Below the pieces are notes generated by a model. The model worked only from the letters and a program-made list of their open reading frames with translations, did not search any database and was not told the DNA's origin. A program made the translations under genes and the position numbers. From Pseudomonadota bacterium (GTDB taxonomy: Bacteria; UBA10199; 2-02-FULL-44-16; JAAZCA01): a stretch of 10,364 bases of DNA. Below, piece after piece: positions 1 through 5,948 of the stretch. The stretch spans positions 1 through 10,364 of the forward strand of contig JAZDOG010000079.1 in the NCBI GenBank assembly GCA_043798915.1. Reading direction: 5' to 3'. The first letter of the stretch is position 1; each line of letters opens with the position of its first letter.

Positions 1-60
1 GGCCGTGATGATCAAGAGCGCCGGAACAACGGATATAAGTCCGAGGAGCATTCTTTTCAT
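1..60 (-). CDS. N-terminus of a secreted protein or possible lipoprotein (partial, runs off the left edge)
   Basis: The reverse complement of 60..1 reads ATG AAA AGA ATG CTC... = MKRMLLGLISVVPALLIITA, a basic N-region followed by a hydrophobic core typical of a signal peptide. A purine-rich RBS (GAAAGGAAAGAG) lies just upstream, and the ATG is 15 nt after the fprA stop. It is not in the ORF track because it is truncated. Confidence 0.7.
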   Translation of the reverse strand, partial: MKRMLLGLISVVPALLIITA

Positions 61-75
61 ACTCTTTCCTTTCAT

Positions 76-1266
76 TTATTTTAATAGCCCGGCGAGCTTT
101 ATGCCGTATTCGACGCACGCTTCGATGCTCAGCGGGTCGGGATTCCACATGCACCTCATGCCGTCGTCCACGACCTGGAAACCGGCCGCATCGAGCTGCC
201 CCTTGATCACCTTGACGGATTCGCCGCTCCAGCCGTAACAGCCGAAGGCGGCCGCCTTCTTGTTTCTGAACTTCAGACCCTTCGCCTCTTCCAGGAACCC
301 CGCGATGGAGGTCAGCACGCCGCGGTTGATCGTCGGGGAGCCGACGACGATGGCCCGGGAACGGAAGATCTCGGTCATCACGTCGTTCCGGTCCGATCTT
401 GCCATGTTATAGAGCTTCAGGTTGACCCGCGGGTCGGCCTGCGCGATCCCCCGGGCGATATTTTCCGCCATGATTCGCGTTCCGTTCCACATCGTGTCGT
501 AGACAAGCGTGATCTGGTCTTCCTGATAGCTGTCGGCCCATTTGAGGTACTGCTGGATGATCTGGACGGGGTTTTCACGCCAGATGATGCCGTGGCTTGT
601 GCAGATAGTCTCCACGGGGAGGTTGAAGGCGAGGACCTCCTTGATCTTTTTCGTGACCATCTCGCTGAAGGGGGTCAGGATGTTGGCGTAGTACTTGATG
701 CATTCGGCCATCAGTTCCGACCTGTCCACCAAGTCGTTGAACATATATTCCGACGCATAGTGCTGGCCAAAGGCGTCGTTGGAAAAAAGGATGCCGTCCC
801 CTGTCAGGTAGCAGAACATGGTGTCCGGCCAGTGGAGCATCGGCGCCTCGATGAAGATCAGCTCCTTCGTCCCCAGGCTGAGCTTGTCCCCGGTTTTAAC
901 GGGATGAAAATTCCAGTCCTTATGATAATGGCCCTTGAGCGATTTGATGCCGTTCGCCGTGCAGTAGATGGGCGTATCGGGAATGCGGTGCATCAACTCG
1001 GGAAGGGCGCCGCTGTGGTCGCTCTCCGCGTGGTTGGCGATCACATAGTCGATCTTTTTCAGATCGATCTGCTTTTCCAGGTTGGCGATATACTCCTTGG
1101 CAAAGGGCGTCCAGACCGTATCCACGATCGCGACCTTCTCCTCTTCGATCAGATAGGAATTGTAGGTGGAGCCTCGGTGGGTCGAATACTCTTCCCCGTG
1201 GAATTTTCTGAGCTCCCAGTCGATCTTTCCGATCCATGAGACATTGCTTTTAACATGCAGCTTCAT
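76..1266 (-). CDS. fprA: Class A flavodiiron protein (FprA/Roo-type O2 and/or NO reductase): metallo-beta-lactamase di-iron domain plus flavodoxin domain
   Basis: 396 aa. Motifs: GSTYNSYLI; di-iron ligands NHAESDHSG, LHWPD, SNDAFGQH and SHG; flavodoxin YDTMWNGT, GSPTIN and FGCYGWSGE. There is no C-terminal rubredoxin domain. RBS AGGAG upstream of the ATG. Confidence 0.96.
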   Translation of the reverse strand: MKLHVKSNVSWIGKIDWELRKFHGEEYSTHRGSTYNSYLIEEEKVAIVDTVWTPFAKEYIANLEKQIDLKKIDYVIANHAESDHSGALPELMHRIPDTPIYCTANGIKSLKGHYHKDWNFHPVKTGDKLSLGTKELIFIEAPMLHWPDTMFCYLTGDGILFSNDAFGQHYASEYMFNDLVDRSELMAECIKYYANILTPFSEMVTKKIKEVLAFNLPVETICTSHGIIWRENPVQIIQQYLKWADSYQEDQITLVYDTMWNGTRIMAENIARGIAQADPRVNLKLYNMARSDRNDVMTEIFRSRAIVVGSPTINRGVLTSIAGFLEEAKGLKFRNKKAAAFGCYGWSGESVKVIKGQLDAAGFQVVDDGMRCMWNPDPLSIEACVEYGIKLAGLLK

Positions 1267-1356
1267 ATGCAGGTTCTCCTTTTATTACTGGTTGATTGCT
1301 GCGGTATTCTCTATTACCGGCTGCCTGGGACACGTCTTTTTTGAAACCTTGAGAGA

Positions 1357-1385
1357 AATATAACAGAGAAGGAGTGTAGCGGCAA
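1357..1385 (-). promoter_or_regulatory. Putative sigma70 promoter for fprA
   Basis: The minus strand reads TTGCCG (1385-1380), a 17-nt spacer, then TATATT (1362-1357), preceded by TGn (extended -10). It sits about 90 nt upstream of the fprA ATG. Confidence 0.6.
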
Positions 1386-1421
1386 GTAAAACGATAAAGT
1401 AAAAACGATAAAGTCAAAGAT
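1384..1421. repeat. Imperfect tandem direct repeat, about 2.8 copies of a 13-14 bp unit
   Basis: AAGTAAAACGATA (1384-1396), AAGTAAAAACGATA (1397-1410) and AAGTCAAAGAT (1411-1421). Confidence 0.75.
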
Positions 1422-1428
1422 GTGAGGG

Positions 1429-2262
1429 TTAGATCAGAAAATAGACAGCCTGAGCCAGCGCCCAGATCAGGACCGCCGCGGTCGCAAGGATGCTCGCCAC
1501 TGCCAGGGAGCGGTGGAGAGATCGTTCCGTCGTCGATTCGCGATATCCCGCCAGGAAGGCAATCGCTCCGCCGGAGACAAGGCCTCCCCCGTGCGCCCAG
1601 TTGTTGATCCCGGGGAAAAAGAGCCCGAAGAGGACAAGCCCTACCACCCATCCCATCGCCTGGCGGTAAATCTGCTCCCCGTAGAAACCTCCCCGGCTCT
1701 TACCGTAGTAAAGGATGGCGCCGATCAGACCGCAGAGCGATCCGGAGGCGCCGATTGTGAGGGGAACGCCCGCCATATAGGAGAGGAAAAAGCCGGCGAC
1801 ACCGGTCCAGATGTAAATAATCGCGAAGCGGTGGAAGCCGAATTCTTCCAGAACGAATGGGGCGAGTTGACGGAGTGCCATCATGTTGAAGAAGATGTGC
1901 AGGAGCCCCCCATGGAGGAAGGAGGCCGAAACGAGGGTCCACCAGCGTCCGTAAGCGTCGATAGGCAAAGTTCCGGTCGCACCGAGGAGAAAGAGACTCC
2001 CCTCCGAGGGGGACAGGAAGGTCATGGGGTTTGCCGACAGACCGAGGGCCGTCGGATTTAGCAGGAGTGAAAAGAAATAGAACGCGGCGTTGACGGCGAG
2101 GATGGTCTTGACCGGATCAAGACGGAGCAGGGAGAAGCCGCCGATGGCCCCCCGCTTCCAGAGCGAGCCCGGGCGGGCCGTCCCGCAGTAGGGGCACGCC
2201 GGTTCATCGCTACTGATCAGTTTCCTGCAACTCGGGCAGAGCATGGATTTCTTTTCGGTCAT
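1429..2262 (-). CDS. Rhomboid-family intramembrane serine protease with N-terminal zinc ribbon
   Basis: 277 aa with multiple hydrophobic segments. Rhomboid motifs: WW..SASFLHGGLLHIFFNM, catalytic GASG and NNWAHGGG. N-terminal CPSC...CPYC. AGGA RBS upstream. Confidence 0.93.
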   Translation of the reverse strand: MTEKKSMLCPSCRKLISSDEPACPYCGTARPGSLWKRGAIGGFSLLRLDPVKTILAVNAAFYFFSLLLNPTALGLSANPMTFLSPSEGSLFLLGATGTLPIDAYGRWWTLVSASFLHGGLLHIFFNMMALRQLAPFVLEEFGFHRFAIIYIWTGVAGFFLSYMAGVPLTIGASGSLCGLIGAILYYGKSRGGFYGEQIYRQAMGWVVGLVLFGLFFPGINNWAHGGGLVSGGAIAFLAGYRESTTERSLHRSLAVASILATAAVLIWALAQAVYFLI

Positions 2263-2275
2263 GGCGTGATCCTGT

Positions 2276-3433
2276 TCATATCAACCTCATGATCACCGGA
2301 ATGGCGACAAAGGTCCCGATGGAAGTGGTCAGGTTGACGACGGCGACGAGCATAAGAAGTCGGGTGATTCGATTCCGGAAGAATCCCCGGACCGAGATGA
2401 TGTCGTCCTTGAGCGCCAGAAAGTCCTTGACCTGGGGTTTGCGGAGCGTTGCTTCGACCAGTCCGGCGACCCAGCCGGCGGCGATCAGGGGGTGCAGCGT
2501 CGTAATGGGGGCGGCGAGGGCCGAAGCGGCGATCGTCAGGGGGTGGGCCAGGAGGATGAGCGCTCCGAAGCCCGAGAATGTGGCGGTAATCAAAGACCAC
2601 TGGACGATCATCTTCAGGCTGGTCTGGGAACCCGAATAGAAGAAGCCGGCGACGAAAAGGCCCACGATGGCCAGCGGAAAAAACCAGCCGGTAAATCGCC
2701 CCCAGCGGGATTTATTGGGGATCAGGTTGAGCGCCGCAAGGTCGATCTCCTCTCCCATGTGTTTGAGGATACCGGGGACGTGCCCGGCCCCGACGACCGC
2801 CACGATCCGGATACCAGGTGCATGGCCTATGGTATGGGCCATATAAAGATCCCGCTCGTCGATCAGGGTGGTCTTGAGCCCGGGCAGCTTCTCGCCGATG
2901 GTCTGCAGGGCGAGTTCCAGGACATCGTGCTGTTTGAGTTTTTCGATCTCCTCTTCGGTGATCTCGTCGGTGACGAAGAGCGAAAGGATGACGTCAGGGA
3001 GGACCTTGACCTTGCTCCAGAAACCCATCTTCCGCCAGGTACGAAGGAGCGTCACCCGGATTTCCCGATCGGCGAGGACAATCTCCGCCCCGATCTCCTC
3101 CGCCCGTACGATGGCCCGAATCATCTCTTCACCGGGGGTGACATTGAACTTCCGGGCGATTTTCCGCTGGAGCGAAGCCATGATAAGCTGGGAGAGGAGG
3201 ATCGACGCCCGCTTCTCCCGGATGACCTTGACGATGTCGGTCTGCTGCCACTTGTCCTGCTGCCGGATGGCCTCATAACGGGGCCCGCAGAGCTCGACGC
3301 AGACCGTATCCGGTTTTTCATCGGCGATGACCTGCTCCACCAGGTCGACGCTCTCCCTGGAGACATGGGCCGTTCCGATCAGGATGATTTTCCTGCCCTC
3401 TATGTCGATCCGGTGGATATTCTCATTTTCCAA
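2276..3433 (-). CDS. TraB/PrgY/GumN (Tiki-like) family protein with C-terminal transmembrane region
   Basis: 385 aa, TTG start with GAAGGGG RBS. Motifs: LIGTAHVS, VCVEL, PGEEM, LADREI, LIDERD and VVGAGH. The hydrophobic C-terminal third contains APITTLHPLIAAGWVAGLVEA, typical of pheromone-shutdown TraB homologues. Confidence 0.92.
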   Translation of the reverse strand: MENENIHRIDIEGRKIILIGTAHVSRESVDLVEQVIADEKPDTVCVELCGPRYEAIRQQDKWQQTDIVKVIREKRASILLSQLIMASLQRKIARKFNVTPGEEMIRAIVRAEEIGAEIVLADREIRVTLLRTWRKMGFWSKVKVLPDVILSLFVTDEITEEEIEKLKQHDVLELALQTIGEKLPGLKTTLIDERDLYMAHTIGHAPGIRIVAVVGAGHVPGILKHMGEEIDLAALNLIPNKSRWGRFTGWFFPLAIVGLFVAGFFYSGSQTSLKMIVQWSLITATFSGFGALILLAHPLTIAASALAAPITTLHPLIAAGWVAGLVEATLRKPQVKDFLALKDDIISVRGFFRNRITRLLMLVAVVNLTTSIGTFVAIPVIMRLI

Positions 3434-3578
3434 ATGTTTACCCCTTCAGCGGTTGATTGGGCAGGTCATTATCAATATTTGCCTGGGATGTAAAGGAGAA
3501 AGGATTTACTGATGTTCCGGATGATGCTAAAGGGAATGCCGGAAAGGCCGTCAGTCGTAGACAGAAAATAGGCACGAT

Positions 3579-4847
3579 ATGAAGATCGGGGATCGGATTC
3601 TAACGAAAATCGGAGATGTGGCCTTCGGCGGCGATGGGGTCGGGAGAAGCCAAGATCTGGTGATCTTTGTCCCTTTTACCGTCGATGGGGACGAGGCTGA
3701 GGTCGAAATTACCGAGGTCAAGAAGCGGTATGCCAGGGCGAGGCTTATCCGGATCATCGCCCCGTCGCATTACCGCACGACGCCTCGTTGTCTTTATTAC
3801 GCCCGCTGTGGCGGCTGCCGGATGCAGCAAGTCGCCTATCCCCATCAGTTGGAACTCAAGCGTCGGCAGGTGGCGGAGACTTTTCGCCGGATCGCGAAGT
3901 TATCCCTCCCGCCTGTGGCGCCGGTGATAGCCTCCCCACGACCCTATGGCTATCGGGGAAAGGCGGAATTCCATCTTGCTGGAGAGCGGGGTGAGCCGCG
4001 GCGGATGGGTCTGATGGCTTCGGCGAGTCACGACCTTATCGAGGTTGAACGGTGTGAAATTGTGGATGAATCCATAAACCGAAAATACCGGAGCTTTCGA
4101 GAGGCCTTTCTGAGGGGCCTTCTATCTACTCGGAACGAAAGGCAGCTCTTCTGGTCCGACGAGCCGGATGAATCCCCGACGGAAGTCGTGACAGGATCGA
4201 TAACCGGGCATGAGATCACCCGGATGGTCGGGGGAAAACGGATCACTGTTCCCTACGGAGGTTTCTTCCAGGCAAACGCCGCTCTGGTGGGGGAACTAGT
4301 TGAGCAAGTCGTTATGATGAGCGCGCTTTCAGGTCGAGAGACGGTTGTCGACGCCTATTGTGGTGCGGGTCTCTTTACCCTCTTTCTCGGACCCCGGGCC
4401 GAGCGAATCTTCGGTATCGAGGGGGCCCGGGAGGCGGTCCGCTGCGCGGGGCTCAATCTCTGCAGAGAAGGCCTCATGCAGAAGGAGGTCTTCTCCGGCG
4501 ATGTGGCCGATATTCTGGAAAACGAGTTTGCAGCGCGGGGGATAGCGGCTGACGTGGTCGTTCTCGATCCGCCCCGCGACGGCTGCGGTAAGGGGGTTAT
4601 CGACGCGGTGGCATCCATGCGGCCGGAGCGAATCGTCTATGTATCCTGCAACCCGGCAACGCAGGCACGGGACGTCCGGCTTCTCGCTGAACGGGGCTAT
4701 ACCTTGCATCTTCTCCAGCCGCTCGACATGTTTCCCCAGACGGCCCATATCGAAGTCGTCGCCCTGCTGGTCGCGAGCGTGACCCGCAAACCCGCTTTGT
4801 TACGTATAGCAGGAAGGACTCCGCACCTGCCATCGCTCCCAATATGA
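3579..4847 (+). CDS. rlmD: 23S rRNA (uracil-C5)-methyltransferase, RlmD/RumA family (TRAM + Fe-S + SAM-dependent MTase)
   Basis: 422 aa. N-terminal TRAM domain (GGDGVGR...IFVP); Cys71/77/80 (CxxxxxCGGC) plus Cys159; FFQAN; SAM motif VDAYCGAGLF; DPPRDG; catalytic YVSCNP; DMFPQTAHIE. The exact target base cannot be determined from sequence. Confidence 0.9.
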   Translation: MKIGDRILTKIGDVAFGGDGVGRSQDLVIFVPFTVDGDEAEVEITEVKKRYARARLIRIIAPSHYRTTPRCLYYARCGGCRMQQVAYPHQLELKRRQVAETFRRIAKLSLPPVAPVIASPRPYGYRGKAEFHLAGERGEPRRMGLMASASHDLIEVERCEIVDESINRKYRSFREAFLRGLLSTRNERQLFWSDEPDESPTEVVTGSITGHEITRMVGGKRITVPYGGFFQANAALVGELVEQVVMMSALSGRETVVDAYCGAGLFTLFLGPRAERIFGIEGAREAVRCAGLNLCREGLMQKEVFSGDVADILENEFAARGIAADVVVLDPPRDGCGKGVIDAVASMRPERIVYVSCNPATQARDVRLLAERGYTLHLLQPLDMFPQTAHIEVVALLVASVTRKPALLRIAGRTPHLPSLPI

Positions 4848-4864
4848 CCTGCATGTCGGTGGTA

Positions 4865-4895
4865 TGGGGCCGGGGGAGAAAAGTCCTCGGCCCCA
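4865..4895. terminator. GC-rich hairpin between the convergent rlmD and aqpZ genes; probable terminator or 3' stabilising stem
   Basis: TGGGGCCGGGGG (4865-4876) pairs with TCCTCGGCCCCA (4884-4895), giving 12 bp with 2 G-U pairs on the + strand and a 7-nt loop. There is no clear U-tract on either side. Confidence 0.55.
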
Positions 4896-4912
4896 CCCTG
4901 TCAGGCTGAGGA

Positions 4913-5602
4913 TTACGTCTTACTTTCACCGATGAAACGATAAACAAGAGCACCCAGCAAGGCCCCTATGATCGGAGCAACCCAGAACAGCCAAAGCTGT
5001 GTAATTGCCCAATCGCCGGCAAACAAAGCGACACCGGTACTGCGAGCGGGGTTCACCGACGTGTTGGTGACCGGGATGCTGATCAAATGAATCAAGGTCA
5101 GACCCAGGCCTATGGCTATCGGGGCGAAACCCTGAGGTGCCCGCTTGTCGGTTGCCCCGAGAATGATGAGAAGGAACATCATAGTCATGACAATCTCGGT
5201 AACCAGCGCGGCGAGTAAAGAGTAACCACCGGGCGAATGGGCACCGAAGCCATTTGACGCGAAGCCGGCAGATACCACAAAGCCGGCCTTGCCGATAGCG
5301 ATAAGATAAAGGATGCCACCCGCGACAATGCCTCCGAGGAGTTGCGCGATAATGTACGGCAGCAGCTTGCCCGCCGGAAAACGCCCGCCCGCCCACAGCC
5401 CAATTGAGACGGCCGGGTTGAGGTGGCAGCCGGAAATATGGCCGATCGCGTAGGCCATGGTCAACACAGTCAGACCGAACGCAAGGGAAACCCCGAGCAA
5501 CCCAATACCGACTCCCGGAAAAGCCGCCGCCAAAACCGCGCTACCGCAACCTCCGAGAACCAACCAAAATGTTCCGAAGAACTCCGCGCCATATTGCTTC
5601 AT
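4913..5602 (-). CDS. aqpZ: Aquaporin Z (MIP family water channel)
   Basis: 229 aa. [17 protein letters not shown]; two NPA boxes ([20 protein letters not shown]); an ar/R filter of the F/H/T/R water-selective type. RBS AAGGAGG. Confidence 0.97.
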   Translation of the reverse strand: MKQYGAEFFGTFWLVLGGCGSAVLAAAFPGVGIGLLGVSLAFGLTVLTMAYAIGHISGCHLNPAVSIGLWAGGRFPAGKLLPYIIAQLLGGIVAGGILYLIAIGKAGFVVSAGFASNGFGAHSPGGYSLLAALVTEIVMTMMFLLIILGATDKRAPQGFAPIAIGLGLTLIHLISIPVTNTSVNPARSTGVALFAGDWAITQLWLFWVAPIIGALLGALVYRFIGESKT

Positions 5603-5673
5603 CTGTTGCCTCCTTATCGAGTTGCTGTGATTTGTCTAAGGCTTACTGTTTATCTGTATCCGCATAAAACCCT

Positions 5674-5711
5674 AAATGCAAAACCCCGCACTCTTCCGAG
5701 ACACGGGGTTT
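5674..5711 (-). terminator. Intrinsic terminator in the aqpZ 5' region
   Basis: Minus-strand RNA: AAACCCCG-UG(U)-CUC-GGAA-GAG-UG-CGGGGUUU followed by UGCAUUU. The GNRA tetraloop and G-U pairs form only on the minus strand. It ends about 70 nt before the aqpZ ATG. Confidence 0.75.
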
Positions 5712-5726
5712 CAATAATCTCTCCAT

Positions 5727-5779
5727 GGCATCACCCTTTTAAAAGGGTTCAAATTGGTTGTTAACCGATTGACATTGCC
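5727..5779 (-). ncRNA. Candidate structured cis-regulatory leader RNA (family unassigned)
   Basis: A closing stem GGCA/UGCC encloses hairpin AAUCGGUU-AAC-AACCAAUU and hairpin ACCCUUU-UA-AAAGGGU. It lies between a putative promoter and the terminator. Confidence 0.35.
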
Positions 5780-5796
5780 TTATTCAAGTGTGTTTT

Positions 5797-5825
5797 CGTA
5801 TGACCCTAATGAGTTGAGAAGTCAA
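5797..5825 (-). promoter_or_regulatory. Putative promoter for the aqpZ leader
   Basis: TTGACT -35 (5825-5820) with an AT-rich tract upstream. The hexamer at 17-nt spacing (CATACG, 5802-5797) is a poor -10 match. Confidence 0.35.
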
Positions 5826-5881
5826 GGGAATATTTTATTGATAACCACTTAAAACCTTTTTATATCTCCTGTAATCCCATT

Positions 5882-5897
5882 TCAATTGATAAATTGA
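5882..5897. promoter_or_regulatory. Palindromic putative transcription-factor site
   Basis: TCAATT-GATA-AATTGA, a perfect 6-4-6 inverted repeat in the AT-rich addA-aqpZ intergenic region. Confidence 0.35.
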
Positions 5898-5948
5898 CTT
5901 TGTTATGAAGGACGATAAGGATGTAGAGTGCTTCTATGCACACTCCGG

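Noticed and set aside
76..1266. norV (flavorubredoxin) assignment
   Set aside because: There is no C-terminal rubredoxin domain, so it is a class A flavodiiron protein. O2 versus NO preference cannot be read from the sequence.
1250..1651. 133-aa minus-strand ORF bridging the rhomboid and fprA genes
   Set aside because: It overlaps both genes out of frame, crosses promoter-like AT-rich DNA, and has no recognisable motifs.
2276..3433. TraB as evidence of a conjugative element
   Set aside because: This is the pheromone-shutdown/GumN TraB family, which is widely chromosomal. There are no T4SS, relaxase or integrase genes here.
2492..3493. 333-aa plus-strand ORF and other long overlapping ORFs (592-1239, 1513-2061, 7362-7952, 7628-8347, 9176-9742)
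   Set aside because: These are antisense or alternate-frame shadows of well-supported genes in GC-rich DNA, with no recognisable motifs.
3466..3494. Possible traB promoter (TTTACA...GATAAT) and Fur-like half-site GATAATGA
   Set aside because: The spacer is only 15 nt and only half of a Fur box is present, which is insufficient support.
5720..5785. Fluoride (crcB) riboswitch resemblance: GGCAAUG ... AACCC-stem-GGUGAUG
   Set aside because: It lacks the short P1 closure just after GGCAAUG, and the pseudoknot pairing is absent (GUCAAU cannot pair with GCCAUG). I kept it only as an unassigned candidate.
5926..5945. Small hairpin GAGTG...CACTC just after the addA stop
   Set aside because: The stem is only 5-6 bp and has no U-tract, too weak to call a terminator.
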